Shown here: piece by piece, positions 9,364 to 17,517 of the stretch
How positions within the stretch are numbered: the first letter of the stretch is position 1
How the letters are laid out: each line of letters opens with the position of its first letter
Origin: Ignisphaera sp.
GTDB lineage: Archaea; Thermoproteota; Thermoprotei_A; Sulfolobales; Ignisphaeraceae
Assembly: GCA_038889075.1 (NCBI GenBank)
Contig: JAWAHS010000011.1
Coordinates: 25,385 to 52,101 of the forward strand
Reading direction: 5' to 3'
DNA length: 26,717 nucleotides
Notes under the pieces: generated by a model
The model's database searches: none
Told to the model about the DNA's origin: nothing
What the model saw: only the letters and a program-made list of their open reading frames with translations
Position numbers and translations under genes: made by a program

Positions 9364-9469
9364 GGCTCTTTCACCTCATAGGTAGAAATTTCATCACAGC
9401 TTAAAACCTATTAACATTTATACGCTCTCTATGTAGTAGACCTGTAGAATAATGCAAAAGGTGCTCTAC

Positions 9470-10141
9470 TTGGCAAAATCTCTATACAGCTACATATCTG
9501 AGCAGTGGAAGAGACCGTACGAAGGTGAACATGGAAAGCTGATGAAACAGAGACTTATGGAGTGGCGTAGGCAGCCATCAATAGTTAGAGTTGAAAGACC
9601 GACGAGGCTAGATAAAGCTAGGAGACTTGGCTATAAGGTTAAAATAGGCTTTATAGTCGTACGGGTTAGGGTTAGGAAAGGTGGTCTGAGGAAGCCAAGA
9701 CCATCCTCGGGTAGGAGACCAAAAAGAATGGGTGTATATGGGCATTCGCCAAAAAAGAGTCTTAGGCTTATTGCTGAGGAAAGAGCAGCTAGAAAGTATA
9801 GAAATCTGGAGGTATTAAACAGCTACTACGTAGGGGAAGACGGTCTCTACAAATACTACGAGGTTATAATGGTCGACCCTTCACATCCTGCAATACTTAA
9901 TGACCCCGACATAAACTGGATTGCCAATACAAGCCAGCGTGGCAGAGTCTTCAGAGGAAAGACAGGTGCGGCTAGGAAAGCTAGAGGTCTACTCAGCTCT
10001 AGAGGTTTGAAGGGTACGCATAAATATAAGTGGAAGAAGAAAGCAAAGGAGAGAATGTATAGGAAGAGGCACGAGGCAAGCCGTGGTTCAAGGCTAATAG
10101 CACCAAAGGAAATATACGAGGATCTTGGTAGGGAAGGTTAG
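9470..10141 (+). CDS. rpl15e: 50S ribosomal protein L15e
   Basis: [46 protein letters not shown]; TTG 9470 after AGGTG. Confidence 0.97.
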   Translation: MAKSLYSYISEQWKRPYEGEHGKLMKQRLMEWRRQPSIVRVERPTRLDKARRLGYKVKIGFIVVRVRVRKGGLRKPRPSSGRRPKRMGVYGHSPKKSLRLIAEERAARKYRNLEVLNSYYVGEDGLYKYYEVIMVDPSHPAILNDPDINWIANTSQRGRVFRGKTGAARKARGLLSSRGLKGTHKYKWKKKAKERMYRKRHEASRGSRLIAPKEIYEDLGREG

Positions 10142-10153
10142 CAGAGAGAAAAA
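10142..10153 (-). terminator. T-rich archaeal terminator candidate for the ATPase operon
   Basis: Minus-strand TTTTTCTCTCTGC directly after the ATPase stop, between convergent genes. Confidence 0.4.
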
Positions 10154-11239
10154 CTAGCTCTCTAAAGGATCCATATAGATAAACATAGGAGCCTCAAAGG
10201 GATACATCCTTACAACACATTCGCCTTGACCGCTTAGCTTAACTGCTCTATCAACTCCTTTTCTTGATAAATTCAAGTACCTCGATATTCTACTCCAATA
10301 GCTATGAGTCGGAGAAGCCATAGCTAGTAAAAGAGCTGAGCTACCGCTGATCGCATCAGCATACACCCCAACATCATCTATACTCTGCGTAGCCATGAAA
10401 AACGCAATGCCATATCCTCTCGAATAGCGTGTGAGAATCTGGATGAGTTCGTCTATTATGTGTGGTGCAACGTGCCATAATTCATCCAGCACCACAACCC
10501 TTTGTGGAGTATTTGAAAATGATAGGTTTGCATTCCTTAATATTCTATCAATTGTATAATATATTATGAAACTACTCAAGGCAGTGCTGCCTAGAAATAC
10601 CTCTTTTAAATTAAAAACACTATAACCATTCAGCACACCTTCTACTGGATCCGATCCTCTAGAAGGATATACTTCAAAGACCTTTACAAGATCATTTAAA
10701 GCATCGATATTTTCGACAACATCATACAAACGTTCAACCGGTTCACATCGGTAACAGATATACTTAATATTCTCATACAGCGTTCTGTATAGTGATGATG
10801 AAATTCCGTATACCTTTTGGAAAACTTTAAGAAACGCATTGACATTCTGTTCACTATTCACCCTACTATCATCGCAAAAGCATAGAGGTAGTGGCGTTTT
10901 CAATGGATTGAATTCACGTACATCTAGACCGCTAAACTTAAGTAAATGATAATGCTCAGCCTTTACATCAAAAACTGTGAGCACGGACTTGAACTTTTCA
11001 GCAATTCTATATGATAGAGTTGATAGCGCAACGCTCTTCCCAGAACCACTTGGACCAACAATAAATACATGCGATGTTATTGTAGAGCGGGGATCCCAAT
11101 ACACCTTTGAACCGTAGTCTAAGTCCATCCCTACATACAGACCCTCTACACCTTGGGTTTGAATACAGAGAGAGAGTAGCGGATTTACATATACTAGTGA
11201 GTCTACTAACAGTCTACTACCCTTCGGCTTTATAGCCTC
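10154..11239 (-). CDS. VirB4/HerA-like P-loop ATPase, C-terminal part (open frame extends 37 codons upstream of ATG 11128)
   Basis: GLYVG.D..G.KVYWD..SHVFIVGPSGSGKS (Walker A), FDVKAEH, VVVLDELWH (Walker B), RYSRGYG..FMATQS. Confidence 0.85.
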   Translation of the reverse strand, partial: EAIKPKGSRLLVDSLVYVNPLLSLCIQTQGVEGLYVGMDLDYGSKVYWDPRSTITSHVFIVGPSGSGKSVALSTLSYRIAEKFKSVLTVFDVKAEHYHLLKFSGLDVREFNPLKTPLPLCFCDDSRVNSEQNVNAFLKVFQKVYGISSSLYRTLYENIKYICYRCEPVERLYDVVENIDALNDLVKVFEVYPSRGSDPVEGVLNGYSVFNLKEVFLGSTALSSFIIYYTIDRILRNANLSFSNTPQRVVVLDELWHVAPHIIDELIQILTRYSRGYGIAFFMATQSIDDVGVYADAISGSSALLLAMASPTHSYWSRISRYLNLSRKGVDRAVKLSGQGECVVRMYPFEAPMFIYMDPLES

Positions 11240-11822
11240 AAAAATTGATTATATGAAGTGCCTTAAGGGGGTCCACCACGGGTTTCAATACAATATTCAT
11301 TGTATTCTTAGCGGTGTATTCGATCGTAGAGAGCCTCTCTATATAGGAGACATCATCGTCACATATAAATGCAATGATATTAGATACATCTACAGGGGTT
11401 ATACCTCTCAAAATTCTACGCCTTACATCAATTAGTTTCTCTACATAGCTACGTAATTTAGTGTTAGATTTATCGAGATCAAGCTCCACAAGCTTCATCT
11501 GCAATTTATGATTAATCTGTGAAATGTAGCTGTCTATATTTACAGGATGTAGAGAAAAATATGTAACGGTTTTACATCCCGGTATTGCAAATAGATTTAT
11601 GAAGCGCTTTACATGGTACACAATATCTGTATACTCCAATTCATTAACTGGAGCTGTACAGCTTGAAATTGTATAGAGTGCAATGATGCTACTTATACCA
11701 TCAGCCTCGCATTTAAATATGCCAGGCTTTACAGCACGGCATTTACCTATGGCAGTATTCCTTACAATATTTGATAAGATATACCTAATCTGGTGAAGAC
11801 CCATGACTATGTTTCTGAACAC
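11238..11822 (-). CDS. Hypothetical protein resembling the N-terminal/central region of VirB4-like ATPases; possible frameshift partner of downstream ATPase
   Basis: 194-aa ORF with helical hairpin (KLQMKLVELDLD..NTKLRSYVEKL...RRILRG) then strand-helix; ends AAT TTT TGA. Confidence 0.7.
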   Translation of the reverse strand: MFRNIVMGLHQIRYILSNIVRNTAIGKCRAVKPGIFKCEADGISSIIALYTISSCTAPVNELEYTDIVYHVKRFINLFAIPGCKTVTYFSLHPVNIDSYISQINHKLQMKLVELDLDKSNTKLRSYVEKLIDVRRRILRGITPVDVSNIIAFICDDDVSYIERLSTIEYTAKNTMNIVLKPVVDPLKALHIINF

Positions 11823-14250
11823 TGCTCCTAATCCCCAGAAGTGTAGCTATTTTTAAAGCGATACGATTCGTATAGAGAATAAGGTTCTTTAATGGAATAT
11901 CAATGCGTATCAATTTCATGCTGCCAGGCTCTATGACTATAAAGTTTGTATAGCCTTTGATAATTTCATCCAGATTGAATGGCAATTCTAGCCTTAATGC
12001 TTTACCCGGCTCTATACGGTGGAGGGAGTCTTGTGAAATGATATGGATGGGTAAATCAGTGCATCTGTTGATAATATTGACATGTATTTTCAACCCGTTG
12101 TTGTAACGTAGATGAGTATTGTCATTGTACATGCATCTGTGGGGTATCCTTACTCTAAGATGGGGATCCTTGCTGAGCTGTAGATTAAGTCCTTCAGTAA
12201 ACTCTGTATAGAATTTTCTATTATATTGAAGTAGTATAGTTGTGGTATCCTTTCTTTGCCTATCTAAAGCAACCTCTACTAGAATAGCTAGGATATCGTT
12301 ACATGGACTGATATCCGTGCAGCTACTACTGGATCTAATCACTCTATTACTACATATAACCTCAATACTGCTAAGCTCCATGTCAGCTCTCTCTAAAGGA
12401 GCAGTATCTATACATATACTTACGTTACCGCCTTTGGCATTGCTGATAGTATTTACAATGCTATCCATATCAATAATGTTTATATATGAAGATTTGATCA
12501 TCTGCCCAAGAATGGCGTTGCCGACCTCCTTAGCTACATATATGGAGTCGTTTGCTGATATTCTAGAATCTACATCAAATTTTACGATACCGTTTTTAAA
12601 GACACCTCTAACTATTCCACCCTCTTTAACTAGCAGAAATGTTTTTCCATTGATGGCCTCCCCTAACGATTTAGGTGGAATCACGATACTGCTAGAGGCT
12701 TCTCTATTAACTATATACATTTTATGCAGCTGGATCTCAGGAGGTCTTTTGCTATGAACTTCGATTTTCCTGTTACGGCTAATAGAAACTCTATATTCTC
12801 TCAGTAGACCTTGAATACCCAACGAAAATGTATCGGAATTACCGAATCTACTATCTATAGCAATGGTAGCAATACTCCTTAGAGAATCCACTCTATGGAT
12901 GCTGTATGGAAGCTCTCTATATCCTTCAAACTTCAATGGTGTATGAAGAGCGGCATCTGGAAGGGCAACAGATACATTTGTAGAAACATCGCGTAATAAA
13001 TGAGGATGTCGATCGATATACCGATCAATATATCTCAAATCTATAAAGGCTATCCTACCAATCCTATCGATACAAGTAATGATACCCTTTCCAATAGAGG
13101 AGCACCTAGCTATATATGAATGACTAGAGAGAATTCTTTCTAGATGGATACTGCTACCCATTTCAATAAAGTAAATCTCTATGCTATCTCCTCTTAGTAG
13201 TACCATATAGTCGCCTGAGATGTAGCCTAGAACTCTTCTACTGGAAGGAATCATTACAAAGGATAGATTATCCAAATCAAAAATATAGATACCTTTGCTA
13301 GTGGAGAGTAGTGCGAGATTTCTATGCGGATCCACTGATACATTATATACATCCTCTAGTCTAGTACTAATTAGAGAAAACTCTCTTTTTTCATCAATAG
13401 AGTAGAGGGTTAGAAAGTTCTTTGCGAAACCAAGTATGCTATTGTTAGATAGCAGAGCTAAGGGTTTGAGATGTCGGTTAAATTCTATGGTATTACACAA
13501 ACCATTCTTGTAATAAGCTATTACACCATTATTGGATAGCTCTATGTAAGCGATATTTGAGTATAGGTAGAGGATAGCATTAGATGATATGGAGATATCT
13601 CTATCTAATGGAAATTCGATACCATATAATCCATCAGATATTAGAACAGAGGCTTCTGTATTACTATTGAAACATACCAGGGCTTTATAGTGATTGTGTC
13701 TAAGAGCAGACAGGGAATCGCAGTAGCAATGCTCTATAAACTCTATATCGGTGTCTTTAACCACCATTTTATATATCTTTTGATTACGATTGCCATCTAA
13801 AAACACTACACGGTTCTCGAATCCAATGGGATACACATCTACACCTGTGGCAATACCGTCTATCGGTTTTACCTCCAGACCTCTATCTATGGAACTCGAG
13901 ATTATGCTCAAAGGAATGTTATCGAAGTTTGTTACAATTGCTGATGATATGTTAAGCGGATATACTCTACAGTCACTATAGTCAATTCTTAAGGGATCTA
14001 GTGCATATTGATCCATAACTGTGTTATAAGCATTTATGGAATCTCGATATCTGTATACAAATGGAGCTGAGGAAATGAATGGAAAACCATTGTAGCTATA
14101 GGCTATAAATGGGTGTGAGATGAGATACGTACCTCTTAACCTTAAGAGGGCAACTCTATCTGTTAGGTAGATATGCATAGATGTCTTATACGGATCAATA
14201 ATATCCTTCCGCAATTCTAAAAGCTGTATAATATCCTTAGCCATTTCCAT
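11785..14250 (-). CDS. Large beta-rich hypothetical protein (possible beta-propeller plus C-terminal Ig-like domain)
   Basis: 821-aa ORF; blade-like segments (LALLSTSKGIYIFDL, ITCIDRIGRIAFIDL); no clear signal peptide or TM helix. Confidence 0.7.
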   Translation of the reverse strand: MEMAKDIIQLLELRKDIIDPYKTSMHIYLTDRVALLRLRGTYLISHPFIAYSYNGFPFISSAPFVYRYRDSINAYNTVMDQYALDPLRIDYSDCRVYPLNISSAIVTNFDNIPLSIISSSIDRGLEVKPIDGIATGVDVYPIGFENRVVFLDGNRNQKIYKMVVKDTDIEFIEHCYCDSLSALRHNHYKALVCFNSNTEASVLISDGLYGIEFPLDRDISISSNAILYLYSNIAYIELSNNGVIAYYKNGLCNTIEFNRHLKPLALLSNNSILGFAKNFLTLYSIDEKREFSLISTRLEDVYNVSVDPHRNLALLSTSKGIYIFDLDNLSFVMIPSSRRVLGYISGDYMVLLRGDSIEIYFIEMGSSIHLERILSSHSYIARCSSIGKGIITCIDRIGRIAFIDLRYIDRYIDRHPHLLRDVSTNVSVALPDAALHTPLKFEGYRELPYSIHRVDSLRSIATIAIDSRFGNSDTFSLGIQGLLREYRVSISRNRKIEVHSKRPPEIQLHKMYIVNREASSSIVIPPKSLGEAINGKTFLLVKEGGIVRGVFKNGIVKFDVDSRISANDSIYVAKEVGNAILGQMIKSSYINIIDMDSIVNTISNAKGGNVSICIDTAPLERADMELSSIEVICSNRVIRSSSSCTDISPCNDILAILVEVALDRQRKDTTTILLQYNRKFYTEFTEGLNLQLSKDPHLRVRIPHRCMYNDNTHLRYNNGLKIHVNIINRCTDLPIHIISQDSLHRIEPGKALRLELPFNLDEIIKGYTNFIVIEPGSMKLIRIDIPLKNLILYTNRIALKIATLLGIRSSVQKHSHGSSPD

Positions 14251-14349
14251 CCCTATTAATTTGACAGAATATAAAGCGTATCTATTATCTATGAGGCTAG
14301 CTACTTATATCGTGTCTAGATTATTAAATCTAATTCAGGTGCATTTAAG

Positions 14350-14670
14350 TTGTCCCCAAGGGAAAAGCTATTAACAATATTATCAGCTCTAAAGGATAGA
14401 ATTGCATCACCAAGCGACATAATCGCCTCCACCGGACTGCCAAGGTATGAGGTACTAGCAGCATTTCATATACTAGAGGCCTTGAATATAATTAGCGTTG
14501 TCTATGTAAGGGGTAACTATAAGCTCTACAGACTCTCGGATTTGGGATTAAAATTGCTTAGCGCCCTAGGCGATAATAAGAGTTTCGATATAGTTATACA
14601 GTATGTAGAGGAAGGTAGTCATATAAATGCGAATCCGAATGAAGACCGTGTTCTAGCATCAACAACCTAA
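14350..14670 (+). CDS. Winged helix-turn-helix DNA-binding protein
   Basis: SPSDIIASTGLPRYEV....ILEALNII...YRLSDLG; TTG after AGGTG SD. Confidence 0.8.
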   Translation: MSPREKLLTILSALKDRIASPSDIIASTGLPRYEVLAAFHILEALNIISVVYVRGNYKLYRLSDLGLKLLSALGDNKSFDIVIQYVEEGSHINANPNEDRVLASTT

Positions 14671-14705
14671 AAATTTGCAGCTCTCAAAGATATACACGAT
14701 AAAAA

Positions 14706-15773
14706 TTGCGAAACATGTTTAAAAATGATTATATAGCTTTAGTGTTTGCACACACACTACGATTTTTAGGTGTCGATAGTGTAGTAATTAGCCGTAAAGC
14801 TGTAAAAAAGTATCTGTATTCAAGCAAGGGTAATTCGATAGAAATGCTGCACGCTATTATCAACAGTCTATTGCTTAGAAGAGTGAAAATATGCATGGAG
14901 GAAGTATACGGTATTCCTATGGGTTTCTATAAGGGAGTGCTACTTTTATATGATGTAAAGAGATGTATAGAGGCGAAATTCCATTTAATGGACATGTATG
15001 AAGAATGTACTACGGATGTAACAAATAATGTCATTTCACTCTTTCTAAAAATCTATACAAGAATTCCGATGATACTATTGGACGCCATCATATGGGAGCT
15101 CCATCATGATGAGGAAAAGAAAAAGGCTGTAAAGCAGTTGGCAGTTTTGATCAGCACAATAAGGAAAAGACTAACGGATCTTAATGCTATATTCGTTTCA
15201 CCTCCAACTGAGCTCATGAATTTTATGAAAGAAATGAACAGCGCTATAGAGATTGACGAAGGCTCTCTATACAAGATCCTAGACCCGTCTAAGACTATTA
15301 TACTAGATCCGTATGCTTCTGAAGAGCTAAGCGTACAGGATGTATTAGAGAATCAGTATTTTATTATAGGATTTCTTGTGGATGATAAATTTCCTAGACC
15401 CTATGCCACGTACATGTTAAAGCTTTTACGGGGAATAGATTTTAAAAGAAGATCAATAAAACTAAATGGATCTATAATAGGTGTTCCTAAGGAGATAAAT
15501 AAGATTATCGATATAATTCTCGATGTGAAACTAGGTGGTTTAATGCTAGAGGATGCGATAATAAGTAATATGAGTATTGATGATAAGATTCGGAGAATAA
15601 TATATGATATTGAGAAATACATAGCGGAAGGAAAGGTAATTGATGAACAGTGTATTAGAAGATTATCCGAATTCTATAATTTGGATAAAGGTCAGTTTGA
15701 AAAGATATATAAGAGAATTAGAAAGCTATTTAGTATCGCTGGGCAGAACATAGTAGGTCAATTTACCTCTTAG
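14706..15773 (+). CDS. trm10: Archaeal Trm10 tRNA (purine-9-N1) methyltransferase (SPOUT)
   Basis: ILDPYA.EEL, YFIIGFLVDD, RRSIKLNGSIIGVPKEINKII motifs. Confidence 0.8.
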   Translation: MRNMFKNDYIALVFAHTLRFLGVDSVVISRKAVKKYLYSSKGNSIEMLHAIINSLLLRRVKICMEEVYGIPMGFYKGVLLLYDVKRCIEAKFHLMDMYEECTTDVTNNVISLFLKIYTRIPMILLDAIIWELHHDEEKKKAVKQLAVLISTIRKRLTDLNAIFVSPPTELMNFMKEMNSAIEIDEGSLYKILDPSKTIILDPYASEELSVQDVLENQYFIIGFLVDDKFPRPYATYMLKLLRGIDFKRRSIKLNGSIIGVPKEINKIIDIILDVKLGGLMLEDAIISNMSIDDKIRRIIYDIEKYIAEGKVIDEQCIRRLSEFYNLDKGQFEKIYKRIRKLFSIAGQNIVGQFTS

Positions 15774-16514
15774 ATAATCCCGTATGATAGTTCTAGCAGC
15801 TTCATCAATATTTGGCTCTCTATCCCTCTTATTCATCCATCCTCTCTTAATAGCTATTTCCTCTAATATCTTTAGAGGCTCTGTTGATTGGACATGATAT
15901 GTATTGCTAATTATATCGATATCGAATTCTTTTAATTTTTCAATAATTTTCTGTGCTATTTTAACAGGGTTTTGAATTGCCTCAATAGGAGTTTTTCTGA
16001 TAATCATTTCTATATCATCACCCTCAGGTGGTATGATTCCCGGTGTATCAATTATATACACTCCTGGTAGTATCTTATAGAGTGTAGAACTTTTTGTATA
16101 GCCTGGCGATCCTGGATATGGACTAGTAGGAGCTGATTTAAAGCCCTTTAATGCATTAATCAAAGAAGATTTGCCAACCTTAGGATAGCCTACGAGAAGT
16201 ACTGTAGCCGGTCTGTGTACTATGGCTTTATCTAGGAAATTCTTTAACCTCTTAATACCAGCCAATGTTAGAGATGATATGTAAAATGTCTTAATGTTTT
16301 GGGTTGTGAAGTACTGTTGCCATTCTCTGCATACCCACATAGGAACGAGATCACACTTATTAATTACAATTATAAGTGTCTTGTTTAGATGTTCTATAAT
16401 CTTCTCAACTCTAATACTTCTAGTAGCAATAGGATTTCTAGCTTCCACAATTTCTAGGACTACATCGGCTCTATTAATAAGATTCCTTAAATTCCTCCAT
16501 GATAACAACATCAT
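15726..16514 (-). CDS. RbgA/YlqF-type circularly permuted GTPase
   Basis: G4 NKCD precedes G1 GYPKVGKSS, G2 PGYT, G3 DTPG; EARNP; start ATG 16514 (ORF track 16568). Confidence 0.92.
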   Translation of the reverse strand: MMLLSWRNLRNLINRADVVLEIVEARNPIATRSIRVEKIIEHLNKTLIIVINKCDLVPMWVCREWQQYFTTQNIKTFYISSLTLAGIKRLKNFLDKAIVHRPATVLLVGYPKVGKSSLINALKGFKSAPTSPYPGSPGYTKSSTLYKILPGVYIIDTPGIIPPEGDDIEMIIRKTPIEAIQNPVKIAQKIIEKLKEFDIDIISNTYHVQSTEPLKILEEIAIKRGWMNKRDREPNIDEAARTIIRDYLRGKLTYYVLPSDTK

Positions 16515-16602
16515 TCTAATTCCCTGGGTGATATCGATACCTACTTTCCTGTGGGGAAATAGATGCAAAACACCTTTTATACTTGAAACAGCATCTAATT
16601 AA

Positions 16603-16662
16603 CGGATGATGAGCTCGGTACTGTTGACGAATATATGTGATAGAGGTCTTGAGTGCTGATCA
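16603..16662 (+). ncRNA. Box C/D guide sRNA, predicted tRNA-Leu(CAA) guide
   Basis: C ATGATGA 16606-16612, D' TTGA 16624-16627, C' GTGATAG, D CTGA 16656-16659; TATA TTTTATA at ~16575. Confidence 0.75.
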
Positions 16663-16864
16663 CATATCGATATGACATCTTAAATGGTATATCATAAAAC
16701 ATTCCATGTTACTAAACGATGCCACATTTCTGTAACAAGTATACAAAGGGCAAATCGATGATTATCAGCAATTTGCCGATGTCGTAGAGTCTAAGAAGCA
16801 TATAAAGTTTTATCCTAGATGAGAATACTAATTAGATTGGACGAACCTGCTATAGAAGTGGGGG

Positions 16865-17218
16865 CTGGGAAACACGAAGTTTTGTCCACGCTGTGGAATG
16901 GTTATGAATCCTAGGTATGAGAATGGTGTGCAGATCCTAGCCTGTCCTAGATGTGGCTACAGAACAACAGTAACGCATACAGAAACGATGTCATTTAAGA
17001 AGAGCATGACGTTACATAAAATAATTGAGAAGAAGGAGCTCGTAGCATTAGATATACCTTCAACAGCTATTTACGCCAATAATATATCTTGCCCAAAGTG
17101 TAGTTCAAGAAACATATACTATTGGAGAAGACACGCCTCAGCTGCGGAAAGCTCTGATATCATCGAAAAGATATTTAGATGTGCTAACTGTGGCTATACA
17201 TGGAGTGAAGTAGAGTAA
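16865..17218 (+). CDS. TFS/RpoM-like two-zinc-ribbon transcription factor paralogue (start uncertain)
   Basis: KFCPRCG...CPRCGY (ribbon 1, starting upstream of ORF-track ATG 16898) and CPKC...CANCGYTW.E (ribbon 2). Confidence 0.82.
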   Translation: MGNTKFCPRCGMVMNPRYENGVQILACPRCGYRTTVTHTETMSFKKSMTLHKIIEKKELVALDIPSTAIYANNISCPKCSSRNIYYWRRHASAAESSDIIEKIFRCANCGYTWSEVE

Positions 17219-17517
17219 AGCGGTCGATACATTTTATTACACAAATGAATTTGGTGATGTACTCACCTCCTATGTGTATAAAATTCGAAACTTTGATAAC
17301 TCAATACCACCTTTTAGAATTTAATGCGATATCTAGCTAGATAGGAATCAACATATATAGTACCCATTTTCTTAACGAATAAACTATACATCATTGGTTT
17401 TAGAAAGCAGATATTAGGAAGACAAACTCTGGGAGATATTCATGAAAGTTTATTTATTAGACCCTGGTATATCTACTTACCAATGGGGAGCATTTCCGTG
17501 AAATTCCTATCCAACCC

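Noticed and set aside
9370-9397. C-box-like GTGATGA...ATGA K-turn upstream of the GTPase
   Set aside because: No D box or stem, and it probably lies upstream of the transcription start given the TTTTAAG TATA-like element.
12242-12757. 171-aa plus-strand ORF and other antisense ORFs inside long genes
   Set aside because: Antisense shadows arising from codon bias of the real genes.
17261-17272. Perfect SD GGAGGTGA on the minus strand
   Set aside because: No canonical start or credible ORF follows; it would be antisense to the TFS gene.
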